Shown: positions 37,815-49,482, numbered from the stretch's first letter. The stretch: DNA of 64,000 nt from Bradymonadia bacterium (GCA_046290225.1 JBKAGE010000039.1:1-64000), one strand, 5' to 3'. Notes: generated from the letters alone by a model not told the origin. Translations and numbers: made by a program.

Positions 37815-39743
37815 TCAGTCGCAGACGAAGCCTGCAGCGTCTCTCACCGAGAGCGTGTCGTAGCTGATCACGCCGCCCTCGGCCCCGAGGGTGATCACCG
37901 CGCCATCTTCAACCCACAGTTCATCTGCCCAGAGGGCCCCGCCGGGCAGCTCGTCCCATCGCACGCGCACAGTGCGTTGGTCGTCGAGCAATCGCGCCCC
38001 TGAGGTGGTGACCGGATCTCGAAGGTGCCACCCCGTGTCGATTTGAAGCTCCCGATCCCAGGCGTCGAGGTGGAGCGCGATGGGTGATTCATCTGGCTCC
38101 CAATCGTCGAAGGTGGCGGTGAACGCTTCGAGGGCTTCGCCTGCCTCAGGCTGGATCAACACCCGGATCGTACTGTTCGGCCCGCCTCCGGTGACCTCCA
38201 GGTGCACGGCCGGGCTGTCATCGGGGGCGAACAGGGGCAAGCGGAAGCGCTCCACGTGACGGATGGTGTCGAGGGGCCACAGGCTGATCCTGGTGGTGCC
38301 GCCACCAGAGACCTCGAGGGTGGCCTTCAAAACCAGGCCATGTCGGTCCCACCAGGACACCCGGTTGGCGATCAGCACGCCAGCGGCCTCATCTCGCCCA
38401 TCGAGTCTCAACATACCTTCGGATTCCGTGACACCTTCGGTGATGGGGATCACCCCGTCGCCGGGGCCGTCACTCGCCCACAACACCCCATCTTCGAAGT
38501 CATCCTCCACGACAGAGAAGAGCGGATGCTCCACATAGCCGAGAGCGTCGTAGAAGTGAGCCTCGTTGGTGGCGCAGTGCCCACCGCCGGTTTGGATCAA
38601 CCGAGAGTGCAGACCATCGAGCTTCATGCCGTTGTGGTGCACGTTCATGATGTCGCCCTCGCGGAAGTCATCGAAGCTGGCCATGAGGGCGAAACGATGA
38701 CCAAAGTCACGCAGGTAGTCGATGTAGGGCACACCACCAACGTTGCGGAAGAAGGCCTCGCCCCAAAACTCATAGTGGCCGTCGGGCTCGCGAGTCTCGT
38801 AATCCTGATCCACCCGTCGGGGGTAGTTGGCGCCACAGCGTGGCATGGCACCGGTGTAGAGCTGTGGGTACTGATACAACAGCATGTTCGCCGTGCGGGC
38901 CCCACCAGAATTGCCCATGGCGTAGACGCGGGTCTCGTCGATGTTGAAGATCTCCATGGCCCGCAGGGTGCCCACCAGCGCCCGACCCATGCGGATGTCC
39001 ACGTTCACGGGATTGCCTGCACCATCAGGGGCGATCTGAATCAAGCGCTCGCGCTCCAGGAGCCCCCGGTAGCCACCGTTGGGTCCGCCGCCGTTGTTGC
39101 CCGAGTTGATGAACGTGATCAGGCCATAAGGCTCCGAGCCGTCGTACCCCGGAGGCACGTAGACGTCATAGGTGATCGTGTCGAGATCTTCGTCGAGTCG
39201 CACCACCCCTGGCTGTCCGACGGGTGGCACCACGACGCTGGGATCTTCGAGAGCTCCGAGCACGACATCGCCACTCACGCCCTCGGGATAGGGCGACACG
39301 GCCCCTGGGCGGGTGCCCTCGCCCCGCGGTGCCATCTGTGAGCGCGAGACTTCGCCACACACGCCCGTGGGTGGCGCGGCGTCAGGGAGAGCGAGGGCGG
39401 CGTCGAGCTCCGCATCAGCCAGCAGGGCGTCCGCAGGCTCAGCGTCAGAGAGGCCAGCGTCAGCAAGTTCAGCGTCAGAGGGGGCTGCATCTGATGCCGA
39501 GGCATCAAACATGTCGGTATCTGGGCCCCCAGCGTCTTCACCTGCCTGCGAAGATGCGTCAGCGATTGCGGCGTCTTCGATACCGGTCATTGCCACAGCA
39601 TCTGTGGTGCCGCCGTCGAGCGAGGCGCCAGACTGCGCATCTACGCTGTCGGCAGAGCCGTCATCATCACATCCGAAGAGACAAAGCTGTAGACAGGTGT
39701 AGAGGGTGAGAGAGAAGCGAAGATGTGTGCGTGCATGCCCCAT
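37815..39743 (-). CDS. Lipoprotein with alpha/beta-hydrolase-like (GNSGG) domain
   Basis: LFGC-DDD, DA-rich linker, VYVPPGY, RVYAMGNSGGA, GGHC. Confidence 0.7.
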   Translation of the reverse strand: MGHARTHLRFSLTLYTCLQLCLFGCDDDGSADSVDAQSGASLDGGTTDAVAMTGIEDAAIADASSQAGEDAGGPDTDMFDASASDAAPSDAELADAGLSDAEPADALLADAELDAALALPDAAPPTGVCGEVSRSQMAPRGEGTRPGAVSPYPEGVSGDVVLGALEDPSVVVPPVGQPGVVRLDEDLDTITYDVYVPPGYDGSEPYGLITFINSGNNGGGPNGGYRGLLERERLIQIAPDGAGNPVNVDIRMGRALVGTLRAMEIFNIDETRVYAMGNSGGARTANMLLYQYPQLYTGAMPRCGANYPRRVDQDYETREPDGHYEFWGEAFFRNVGGVPYIDYLRDFGHRFALMASFDDFREGDIMNVHHNGMKLDGLHSRLIQTGGGHCATNEAHFYDALGYVEHPLFSVVEDDFEDGVLWASDGPGDGVIPITEGVTESEGMLRLDGRDEAAGVLIANRVSWWDRHGLVLKATLEVSGGGTTRISLWPLDTIRHVERFRLPLFAPDDSPAVHLEVTGGGPNSTIRVLIQPEAGEALEAFTATFDDWEPDESPIALHLDAWDRELQIDTGWHLRDPVTTSGARLLDDQRTVRVRWDELPGGALWADELWVEDGAVITLGAEGGVISYDTLSVRDAAGFVCD

Positions 39744-39790
39744 GCGTGATCTCGAAGGTGGTGGTCGACGACCACCAACCTATCAGCAGA

Positions 39791-40372
39791 TCACGGTGTA
39801 GGACTACGTACGGGGGTGTTCGAGCGGGCCGCAGAGGCCTTCGGTGCGAAGAAGGTGTGGGTGGGGTTGTCTGCGGTGAGCGTCTCGACCTCGCGCTTGA
39901 GCGTGTGGCCACCTTCCGTCACCGTCACCTGTATTTCCAGGGGCTCCGGCTGAGCTGCCCAGAGGTTCGAGGTGAAGGTCAGAGCCTCTGGAGCCCCCTG
40001 CATGCGGGCCACCACCATGACGACGATCTCGCCGCTCTTGTCAGGATCGTGGTCGTAGCCCGTAGGCAGGTTGAGCAGCACTTTGTCGATGGTCGCAGGG
40101 GCGCCTGATGCGATCTGCAGTCCCTTGCGTACGGCGTCGTGCATGGCCCCACGGTGTGTGTTCAGCTCCGTCTGACTGAGTACGCCGTCCGCACACACTG
40201 GGATGTCCCGAAACGCCGAGACGGGCAACGAGAGGATCACATAGGCCTTCTCACCCACGATGTTGATCGTGCCCTTGCCCAAGGGCATCAGGTGCCCGTT
40301 GGCGGCGAAGGGCAGCACTGCGATGCCGAGCAGCATCGTGAGTAGACAGCACTTGAGTCGAGCGAGGACCAT
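39791..40372 (-). CDS. Secreted hypothetical protein
   Basis: Signal peptide ending ANG-H; same strand and downstream of the YHYH gene. Confidence 0.7.
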   Translation of the reverse strand: MVLARLKCCLLTMLLGIAVLPFAANGHLMPLGKGTINIVGEKAYVILSLPVSAFRDIPVCADGVLSQTELNTHRGAMHDAVRKGLQIASGAPATIDKVLLNLPTGYDHDPDKSGEIVVMVVARMQGAPEALTFTSNLWAAQPEPLEIQVTVTEGGHTLKREVETLTADNPTHTFFAPKASAARSNTPVRSPTP

Positions 40373-40427
40373 GGTCGTTCAGCCTATGACGAGAGGAGTG
40401 GTCGAGTCATCGATGTCGAGCTGATGC

Positions 40428-41594
40428 TCAGGGAGGAGGGCCGCCACCAGGGGGGCCTCCGCCACCAGGTCCACCGCCGCCAGCGCTCGTACCCTTCACA
40501 CAGCGCTGTACGAAGGGGTACGTTGCGGTGATGTAATAGTGATAGATGCCGTCGGGGAACTCAGGGGTCACCGCGAAGCGACCATTACACTCGTCGAGAT
40601 CGCCGCTGCCCTCGACATACTCCCAGTCGGACTCGAAGTGCCCCAAGGGGAAGTCCTCAATAGAAGGACGATTCGCCTGCGGGGTCTCGATCGTGCGCCA
40701 GCTGCTCTGCATCTCTTCTACAGCCGAGCCGCCATCTTCAGGATCGGAGTGCCCCATCATCGAGTAGATGGGGAAGCCATCGGTGGCCCAGCCCACGAGG
40801 GTCATGCTGGTCTCATAATCCGGGTTGAGCGCTTCCACCAGGCTCACCGGGTTGCCGTGATAGTGGTATTGCCCGCCAGGCTGTACGTGGGCGTCGTTGA
40901 TGTCGACGCCGAACCCGAACTGCCAGGGGCTGGTGTCGCCCGGGGTCGCCACCATGCGCCACATATCGGAGCCCATGCCCGGATCGCAGTCCCCGACCGC
41001 CGTGGCGTCGTCGGGGCACGTGCCCGCCGTCGCTGGATCGAACTTGACGCTGTTGAGGGCATAGCCCGGCTCTTTCACATTGGTGACCTGACCGGTGAGC
41101 TCGGGGGTGAGGGTCATCGAGAAGGAGATGGTTTGTGCACTGATCTGACTGGCGAATTCACCGCCAGTGACGACGTGGTTGGGCACGCCGTTGCCTGTGA
41201 CCGTGCGCTCCATCTCGTCGCATGACCAGGTGAAGTTGTATGCGAGGGTGGTGTCGACAGGGGTGGTGGTACCATTCATGGGGTTCATGTGGTTGTACAC
41301 CAGCTGCTGTTCACCCTCCTCACCGTAGCCACACAGCACATTGGCAGTGCCATCACCCACTGGCGGTGTGCCAGCGTCAGGCTCTGGCATCTCGCCGGCG
41401 TCGGGGGCTGGCATCTCTCCAGCGTCAGGCTCGGGCGTCTCCTCACCCATGTCCGGAGCGTCACCTGTCTCCATGTCTGCAGTGGTTTCTGCGTCTGGGG
41501 TGTTGGCGCTGCCACCACCGTCGTCGTCATCGTCACACGCCGTCAGCGATCCGACGGCGAGGAGAGTGGCCAATAGAAAGTGTTGAGTGCTCAT
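40428..41594 (-). CDS. YHYH domain lipoprotein
   Basis: NGVPNH, HVQPGGQYHYH, DGFPIY, GDLDECNG, YHYY; lipobox LTAC-DDDDD. Confidence 0.88.
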   Translation of the reverse strand: MSTQHFLLATLLAVGSLTACDDDDDGGGSANTPDAETTADMETGDAPDMGEETPEPDAGEMPAPDAGEMPEPDAGTPPVGDGTANVLCGYGEEGEQQLVYNHMNPMNGTTTPVDTTLAYNFTWSCDEMERTVTGNGVPNHVVTGGEFASQISAQTISFSMTLTPELTGQVTNVKEPGYALNSVKFDPATAGTCPDDATAVGDCDPGMGSDMWRMVATPGDTSPWQFGFGVDINDAHVQPGGQYHYHGNPVSLVEALNPDYETSMTLVGWATDGFPIYSMMGHSDPEDGGSAVEEMQSSWRTIETPQANRPSIEDFPLGHFESDWEYVEGSGDLDECNGRFAVTPEFPDGIYHYYITATYPFVQRCVKGTSAGGGGPGGGGPPGGGPPP

Positions 41595-41664
41595 GGGCTC
41601 CTCGTGCCTGTCATGCAACATGTGCATATGCCGCGATGTCTACACCAAAACATTAAGGGAGAAT

Positions 41665-41685
41665 TGTGCAGACAATGTGCAGTCA
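41665..41685. promoter_or_regulatory. Tandem direct repeat TGTGCAGWCA (11-bp period), candidate OmpR-family binding site
   Basis: TGTGCAGACA at 41665 and TGTGCAGTCA at 41676, about 70 bp upstream of the YHYH start. Confidence 0.55.
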
Positions 41686-41744
41686 GGCAGGAGAAACGAC
41701 GAAGTTTGTTGCTCGGAGCACTCGAAACGAAGAGCTGCAATGCT

Positions 41745-42416
41745 CTACTCGAGCTTATAGCCTACGCCATAGATCGAGTGGAGGAGGTCCTCGGGGGTGT
41801 GGGTGTTGAGTTTTCTCCGCAGGTTGCTGATGTGGCTGTCCACCGTGCGCTGGCTCACCGTGCGGGCGTCATCGTAGGCCAGCGACATCAGCTGCTGGCG
41901 AGAGAAGACCCGACCAGGAGCGGCGAGCATCGCCGAGAGCATGCGGAACTCGACCCGTGTCAGCTCGAGATCTGTATCACCCACCTGACACGCGAAGCGG
42001 TCTTTGAAGATCGTGACGCCTCGATAGGCCACCTGGCCTTCATGGGGCTGACGACTGCCGTTGACCCGTCTGAGGATGGTCTTTGCCCGTCTGACCACTT
42101 CGCGAGGGCTGAAAGGCTTGCAGACATAGTCGTCGGCCCCCAGCTCGAGGCCCAGCAGGCGATCGATCTCTTCGACTTTGGCTGTGAGCATCAAGATGGG
42201 CACGTCGGAGAACTGTCGAAGTTCCCTGCAGATCGTCAGCCCGTCTTTTCCGGGGAGCATCAGATCGAGGATTACGAAGTCCGGCGCCTCGGTGCGCACC
42301 GTGTGCACGGCGTGGGTGCCTTGATGAAGCACCAGTGTGGTGAACCCTTCTCTCTGAAAGTAATCCACCAGCACCTGGGCGATCTTGGGCTCGTCTTCGA
42401 TGATGATGATTCTCAT
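41745..42416 (-). CDS. OmpR-family response regulator (BaeR-like)
   Basis: IEDEPKIA, GADDYVCKPFSPREVV, SIYGVGY. Confidence 0.93.
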   Translation of the reverse strand: MRIIIIEDEPKIAQVLVDYFQREGFTTLVLHQGTHAVHTVRTEAPDFVILDLMLPGKDGLTICRELRQFSDVPILMLTAKVEEIDRLLGLELGADDYVCKPFSPREVVRRAKTILRRVNGSRQPHEGQVAYRGVTIFKDRFACQVGDTDLELTRVEFRMLSAMLAAPGRVFSRQQLMSLAYDDARTVSQRTVDSHISNLRRKLNTHTPEDLLHSIYGVGYKLE

Positions 42417-43810
42417 GCAACCTCTTCGCTGGGCAGGATGATCTTCACCTCGAGGCCTCCGAGGGAGGAGGGCTCGGCGGAGATGGTGCCACCGTGAGCT
42501 TCGGCGATCTTGCGGGAGATCGCGAGGCCGAGGCCTGATCCCGCTGTGCGCCGACTGCGAGAAGCTTCCACACGATACAGAGGATCGAAGAGGCGCTCAC
42601 ACTCCTCGGATGGCACTGAAGGTGCCGAGTCGCTGATGATGATCTCAACGGTGTTGTCATGCTGCTTCAGATCGACCTCGATTCGACCCGGCGTGTGCGT
42701 ATACGCCATGGAGTTGAGCAACACGTTGCGGCACAACTGTTCGAGTCGCCGCTTGTCGACGCGGGCCACTGCAGGGCTCAAGGTGGCGCTCACTTCGAAG
42801 GCCGAGGCCTGCACCGAGAGCTTGCCCAGAGTGTTCAGGACCACATCGCGTACGTCGCAGATCTCGAACTGGTATCGCAACATGCCCAAATCCGAAGTGG
42901 AGAGCTCGTGCAAATCACCTACGAGATAGGTGAGGCGCTCCACCTCCTCCGACAGTGAGTTCAGCGCCTGGGCGTCGAAGGTGCGCACACCATCTTGGAG
43001 GGCCTCGATCTCACCTGACAGGATCGACAGCGGGGTCCTCAGCTCGTGGGCGATGTCGGCGAACATGCGCTGGCGTGCGTCGCGGATCTCTCGCAGCGTG
43101 CGGGTGAGGGTCTGAAAGTCATGGAGCAGATCGCCGAGCTCATCGTTGCGGGCGCCTTCGAACTCGACATCGTAGTTGCCCCGCGAGACCTCCGATACGC
43201 CCTCGGCGAGGCGCTTGATCGGCGCGAGGAGTGCCCGAGCGATGATGGTGGCAAAAGCCACGGCGAGCAGCAGAAGTACGAGCCCGATCACGACGCTCGA
43301 CCAGAGCTGGCGTCGCTCGAAGGCCGCGCCGAGGGGGCGGCTGACCTGGCGGTGGGGCACGCTCTCGACAAAGCCGACGACGTGCGCATCCACCAGGACA
43401 GGGACAGAGATGCGCTCCACCGATGAGCTGGACAAGTCTGCCCCACCCAAATGGCGCCGCGATGCGTCGAAGAGGGCTGTAGGGTGAGGGCCTGTGGCGC
43501 CAGGCCGCCTCATATGCGCAGGGGGCGGCCCGATGCCACCGCGGGCAAGGTGAGGCGGGCGATGTGGTGGAGGCTTCGAGGCCGCTCGCACGAAGCGCCG
43601 CGACACATCGTCGGGCCAGCGTGAGTCCTGGGCGTACACTTCGGCCATCTGCGTCGCGATGCTCTCGACGCGATGCCGCTCAAGGCCATCGAAGTAATCG
43701 ATGAAGCCCTGCTCGAAGCTCCAGCGGGCGATGAAGATGGTGGTGGCGAGCACGCTGAGCGTGAACCCGACGAAGACGAGGCCCAGCCGAGTGTGGATGG
43801 AGATGCGCAT
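42413..43810 (-). CDS. Sensor histidine kinase (BaeS-like)
   Basis: ADIAHELRTPL, SRSRRTAGSGLGL, two TM segments, HAMP. Confidence 0.92.
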   Translation of the reverse strand: MRISIHTRLGLVFVGFTLSVLATTIFIARWSFEQGFIDYFDGLERHRVESIATQMAEVYAQDSRWPDDVSRRFVRAASKPPPHRPPHLARGGIGPPPAHMRRPGATGPHPTALFDASRRHLGGADLSSSSVERISVPVLVDAHVVGFVESVPHRQVSRPLGAAFERRQLWSSVVIGLVLLLLAVAFATIIARALLAPIKRLAEGVSEVSRGNYDVEFEGARNDELGDLLHDFQTLTRTLREIRDARQRMFADIAHELRTPLSILSGEIEALQDGVRTFDAQALNSLSEEVERLTYLVGDLHELSTSDLGMLRYQFEICDVRDVVLNTLGKLSVQASAFEVSATLSPAVARVDKRRLEQLCRNVLLNSMAYTHTPGRIEVDLKQHDNTVEIIISDSAPSVPSEECERLFDPLYRVEASRSRRTAGSGLGLAISRKIAEAHGGTISAEPSSLGGLEVKIILPSEEVA

Positions 43811-43944
43811 GGCACCACCTTACACAAAACAGCATCGAGGCCCAGATGGCAGGTAGGCGGATCAGGGCTGCACACCCAGCTGATGAAGCAGGGACATCTG
43901 CTCCTCGTGGGTACCCAGGGCGAATGAGGAGGTCCTGGTCCAGA

Positions 43945-44616
43945 TCACGTGCCCGGCTCGCTGCCGAGGGTGCGGTCTGCGCGCAGCTCTTGTGATCGAG
44001 CGTGCAGGCGCCTCAGCTTCTCCGAAGGGGTCGACAGCGCCTCTGCTTGCCCCTGGCGGGCCACGAGGCGCAACATGTCGGCGCGCTTCTCGGGTGAGAT
44101 CGAGCCCACCTTGGCGAGCAGGGTGGTGGATGTGTCGAAGCCGACGAACTTGAGCGTGCCTTGGACCACCGCGCCATGGGCGGCGCCGCGGAAGTTGAGC
44201 CAGTACCACCACTTGGGGCTGTCCATGGTGAGCACGAGGCGCGCCGTGCGCCCCTTGAGCAGCTGAGTGGGGAGAGATTTGCCCTCTTCGAACCGGAAGC
44301 CCCATCCCGGCAGAAAAGCCCGGTCGAAGATCCCTTTGAGCCCTGCAGGTACACTACCCCACCACAAAGGGGCGAAGACAACGAAGTGATCACACCACTC
44401 GATGTCGCGCTGCAGCGTCACCAAATCGGGTTCGAGGGGTTGAACCTCTGCATAGCCAACGCGGAGCACTGGGTCGAACTGCATGGCGCCGGCGTGATGC
44501 ACCCGGATCTCCGCCCCAGCCGAGGCTGCAGCGTCGACATAGGTCTCAAGCAGGGCGGCGTTGAAGCTCTTCTCCGAAGGGTGCCCCAGCAGGGCTACGA
44601 TGCGTTTGGCGGTCAT
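43945..44616 (-). CDS. Flavodoxin-like NAD(P)H-dependent oxidoreductase
   Basis: GHPSEKSFN, PLWWGSVPAGLKGIFDR. Confidence 0.88.
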   Translation of the reverse strand: MTAKRIVALLGHPSEKSFNAALLETYVDAAASAGAEIRVHHAGAMQFDPVLRVGYAEVQPLEPDLVTLQRDIEWCDHFVVFAPLWWGSVPAGLKGIFDRAFLPGWGFRFEEGKSLPTQLLKGRTARLVLTMDSPKWWYWLNFRGAAHGAVVQGTLKFVGFDTSTTLLAKVGSISPEKRADMLRLVARQGQAEALSTPSEKLRRLHARSQELRADRTLGSEPGT

Positions 44617-44659
44617 GGTCTACCTCAATGTGTTGTCCTGGCGTCGGCTTCACGGTAGC

Positions 44660-44676
44660 CATGCGATCTCTGCATG
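44660..44676. promoter_or_regulatory. LysR-type palindrome CATGC-N7-GCATG
   Basis: Lies between the divergent oxidoreductase and LysR genes. Confidence 0.5.
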
Positions 44677-44702
44677 TGAACGGCACGAAACGGATGGTGG
44701 GT

Positions 44703-45599
44703 ATGCAAAAATCGACAGGGGGGAAGGGGTTGCCACCGGCAGCGTGGGCGGACTGGCCTTTTTTTCTCGCCGCCTATCGCTCTGGGAGCTTGTCGGCCGC
44801 AGCCAAGGTGCTCAAGGTCGAGCAGTCCACCGTGAGTCGACGGGTCGCCCGCCTCGAGGAGATGTTGGGCCACGATCTGTTCTACCGAGGGGCTGGAGGG
44901 TTGGTGCCCACGGAGATGGCTCAGCTGATCGCGCCACAGGTCGAGCGTGGTGAGAGCGCCTTGCTCGACGGGCTCACCGCTGCGAGCGGCCACGAGCGTC
45001 AGGTGGAGGGCTTGGTACGTGTGGCTTGCCCGGAGTCCATGGCCTATCTGTTCCTGGTGCCAGAATTGCCAAAGCTCTACGCCCACTATCCCGGCTTGGA
45101 GGTGGAACTGCGTACAGGCTACGCCGTGGCAGATTTGAGCCGGAGAGAAGCCGACATCGGCATTCGTGGTGTCGTGCCCACTGATCCTGATCATGTGAGC
45201 AAGATCGCCGGGCGCTTCACGGTGGGCATCTTCGCCCACCGATCGTGGATCGAGCGCGGCGTACCGGAGCACGAGATCCCCTGGATCGGTACCTCGGGGA
45301 TCTTCGAGAGCTTTATGGAGGGTCAGTGGGATCTGGCGATCCGGCGCCCGCCGATCATGCGCAGCGACAGCTACCTCACCCGCTATGCTGCGGCCCAGAG
45401 CGGCCTGGGCTGCACACTGCTCCCGAGGCCCTGGGGCAGGCAAGACGAGCAGCTGGTGGAGCTGTCATTGCCACCGGGTGCCCCCGAGCCTCCTGAGCGG
45501 ATCATGTACCTCGTCGTTCATCGCGCCCTGCGACGTGTGCCGCGGATCGCTGCCACCTGGGCGTTCCTCGAAGAGAGCCTTCAAGCGTTGAACGAGTAG
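44703..45599 (+). CDS. LysR family regulator
   Basis: GSLSAAAKVLKVEQSTVSRR, DLSRREADIGIR. Confidence 0.92.
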   Translation: MQKSTGGKGLPPAAWADWPFFLAAYRSGSLSAAAKVLKVEQSTVSRRVARLEEMLGHDLFYRGAGGLVPTEMAQLIAPQVERGESALLDGLTAASGHERQVEGLVRVACPESMAYLFLVPELPKLYAHYPGLEVELRTGYAVADLSRREADIGIRGVVPTDPDHVSKIAGRFTVGIFAHRSWIERGVPEHEIPWIGTSGIFESFMEGQWDLAIRRPPIMRSDSYLTRYAAAQSGLGCTLLPRPWGRQDEQLVELSLPPGAPEPPERIMYLVVHRALRRVPRIAATWAFLEESLQALNE

Positions 45600-45611
45600 G
45601 CCAGAAACGTC

Positions 45612-46847
<1,236 letters not shown>

Positions 46848-46898
46848 GGGACTTCTCTCAGAATAGGGCTCAGAGGCAGCACATTTGCCCCGCTTTTA

Positions 46899-46917
46899 TA
46901 TGCAATCCGATTGCATA
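46899..46917. promoter_or_regulatory. Perfect palindrome TATGCAAT-CCG-ATTGCATA, candidate Zur/Fur-family box
   Basis: 8-3-8 inverted repeat about 50 bp upstream of the COG0523 start. Confidence 0.65.
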
Positions 46918-47069
46918 GACAAGTAGGACAGACACATGGGGCAAAGACGAAGCCATCTATGTTCTTGGGTCTGGATGTGCTGGGAGGTCAGGGGACAGGT
47001 GGTGACATCATCGCTTTCCGACGTAGATCCGGCCATGATGGCGGCCTCGATTGACCACTGAGGCCATCC

Positions 47070-48395
47070 ATGACCGCCACCACTTCGTTCTTGCCCCACG
47101 ACGACAGCCCCAGGGCCCACGCTGAGGGATTGCTCCGCTTCATCAACGCCTCCCCGACGCCGTTCCATGCCGTGGCCAACACCGCGAGCGCGCTGGAGCA
47201 GGCGGGCTATCAGCCCCTCGACGAGTCTCGGACGTGGTCGTTGAGCCCGAACACGGGCTACTACGTCGTTCGTGGTGGGGGCTCCATCGTGGCCTTTCGC
47301 ACTGGCACCGAGCCTGCTGCCGAGGCTGGCTTTCGAGTGGTGGGCGCCCACACCGACTCGCCGAACCTGCGGCTCAAGCCTCGCCTCGCGAAGTCAGCCC
47401 ATGGCCTCGCCCAATTCGATCTCGAGCCCTATGGTGGGTTGATCGTGGCCACATGGGCCGATCGCGATCTGGCCCTCGCTGGCCGGGTGGTGGTGCGGGG
47501 CTCCGATGGCCACGAGACCCGACTGATCCGTACGCCCAAGCCCGTCTGTCGGATCCCCAACCTGGCGATCCACCTGAACCGCACGGTGAACACCGACGGT
47601 CTGGTGATCAACAAGCACAGCCAGCTGGGTCCCGTGGCGGCCATGTGGTCTGGAGCCGGCTCACCAGAGGCCTGGCTGAAGGGGCACATCGCCGAGCTGG
47701 CCGGGGTGGAGGTCGACGATGTCATCGGTCACGATCTCATGCTCTTCGATGTGCAGGATGGGTGCTTCACCGGGATTGACGATGACTTCATCTCCGTGGC
47801 TCGGCTGGACAACCTCGCCATGAGCTACGCCGGCCTCGTGGCCCAGCTGATGCACGACTCGACGGCGACGCCCCACGCTCGGGTGCTCAGCTTGTTTGAT
47901 CATGAGGAGGTGGGCAGCCAGAGCGCCCGAGGGGCCGACTCCACGTTCATGACCGACATCCTCGGCCGCATGGCTGGTGACGGTGCGGAGGCGCTGCCCC
48001 GGGCCATGGCCCACAGCCGTCAGGTGAGCGCCGACATGGCCCACGCGCTGCACCCGAGCTATGCCGATCGCCACGACGGTACACACCAGCCGCTCATGAA
48101 TGGCGGGCCGGTGATCAAGACCAATGTCAACACCCGTTACGCCACCGATGGGGTCACCGCAGCGCTGTTCCGTTCAGTGTGTCAGTCTGAGGGCATCACC
48201 TGCCAGGAGTTCGTGAACCGGCCTGATCTGGCCTGCGGGAGCACAATCGGGAGTATCACCGCGGGCCGATTGGGTCTGGCCACCGTCGACGTGGGCAACC
48301 CCATGTGGGCGATGCACAGCGTGCGGGAGATGGCCGGGGCCCACGACGCCGAGCCCATGGCCCGGGTGCTGGGGCGTTTTTTACGGGGTGACTGA
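47070..48395 (+). CDS. M18 family (aspartyl) aminopeptidase
   Basis: SPTPFHAV, AHTDSP, RLDNL, DHEEVGS, SADMAH, MHSVRE. Confidence 0.93.
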   Translation: MTATTSFLPHDDSPRAHAEGLLRFINASPTPFHAVANTASALEQAGYQPLDESRTWSLSPNTGYYVVRGGGSIVAFRTGTEPAAEAGFRVVGAHTDSPNLRLKPRLAKSAHGLAQFDLEPYGGLIVATWADRDLALAGRVVVRGSDGHETRLIRTPKPVCRIPNLAIHLNRTVNTDGLVINKHSQLGPVAAMWSGAGSPEAWLKGHIAELAGVEVDDVIGHDLMLFDVQDGCFTGIDDDFISVARLDNLAMSYAGLVAQLMHDSTATPHARVLSLFDHEEVGSQSARGADSTFMTDILGRMAGDGAEALPRAMAHSRQVSADMAHALHPSYADRHDGTHQPLMNGGPVIKTNVNTRYATDGVTAALFRSVCQSEGITCQEFVNRPDLACGSTIGSITAGRLGLATVDVGNPMWAMHSVREMAGAHDAEPMARVLGRFLRGD

Positions 48396-48421
48396 ACCCT
48401 GAGTGCGATGAGTGGGCGTCA

Positions 48422-49327
48422 TCAAGGGGGTGGTATCTGAGCAAACCCCTCCACCAGAGCGCTCACGAGGCGCTGTACACGTGCTGGCTTTGGGCCCCTA
48501 CCAGGCAACACGAGGTGCAGAGGGATCTCTGAGCCCGACCACTCAGGCAGTACATCGACAAGATCTCCAGCCTCGAGATCAGCGCGGACATCGAGGCCGC
48601 ACTTAAAGACTACGCCGTGGCCTTCGATGGCCCAATTGCGCAGCAACACGCCATCGTTGGCCGAACGATGGCCACTCACCTCTACAGTGATGTATTCGTC
48701 ATCTTGGGAGAAGCCCCAGTGATTCAAGGCCCGGCCTGGGCGATGCCAAATCAGCGCTTTGTGTTGGGCGAGATGAGCAGGGTGCGTGATGGGCGGGTGG
48801 CGCTCGACGTACTCGGGCGAGGCCACCGCCACGCGTCGATCTCGATACAGCCGACGGGCCACGAGCTCGGCGTCTTCGAGGGCCCCATAGCGGATCGAGA
48901 TGTCGATGCGGGTGTCCACCACATCGTACACGTCGTCCGAGAGCCACAGATCGAGCCTGACCCCAGGGTGCTGTTCGAGGAAAGCGTCGAGCATGGGCAT
49001 CAGGGTGTACCGCCCGAGATCTGATGGGGCCGAGACACGCACCGGCCCCACGAGCTCGTCCCTCAACGGACCCACTGATGACTGCGCGGCCTCTACAGCT
49101 TCGAGCAGCAGTCGACACTGCTCGAGATAGATCTCGCCCTCTGCGGTCAACGAGATGGCCCGCGTGGTGCGCAAGAGCAGCTGCACCCCGAGCATCTCTT
49201 CGAGGCGCTTCACCGACACGCTGGCGGCGTTGGCGCTCAGATTGAACACTCGAGATCCCGCCGACAAGGAGCCGTGCTGCACCGCTGCGACGAACAAACG
49301 AATGTCTCTGAGTGCTGGGTCTTCCAT
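48422..49327 (-). CDS. LysR family regulator
   Basis: GSLSAGSR, LLRTTR, DISIRYG; divergent from the duplicated lipoproteins. Confidence 0.92.
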   Translation of the reverse strand: MEDPALRDIRLFVAAVQHGSLSAGSRVFNLSANAASVSVKRLEEMLGVQLLLRTTRAISLTAEGEIYLEQCRLLLEAVEAAQSSVGPLRDELVGPVRVSAPSDLGRYTLMPMLDAFLEQHPGVRLDLWLSDDVYDVVDTRIDISIRYGALEDAELVARRLYRDRRVAVASPEYVERHPPITHPAHLAQHKALIWHRPGRALNHWGFSQDDEYITVEVSGHRSANDGVLLRNWAIEGHGVVFKCGLDVRADLEAGDLVDVLPEWSGSEIPLHLVLPGRGPKPARVQRLVSALVEGFAQIPPP

Positions 49328-49370
49328 CGATTGCAATTTGTTTCCAGGTGGTTATGCGCTCTGCGGCACT

Positions 49371-49387
49371 TGTACTCGATCTGTACA
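49371..49387. promoter_or_regulatory. Palindrome TGTAC-N7-GTACA (LysR box), repeated at 50783-50799
   Basis: Same distance to the ATG in both duplicated units. Confidence 0.6.
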
Positions 49388-49482
49388 AGCCCTTCTCGAA
49401 CTCTGTCAAAGACATCGGCGATTCTCCCCACTAATTTGAGTCTCGTCGAACACACAAGACATACACAACAGAGGAGGATCCC

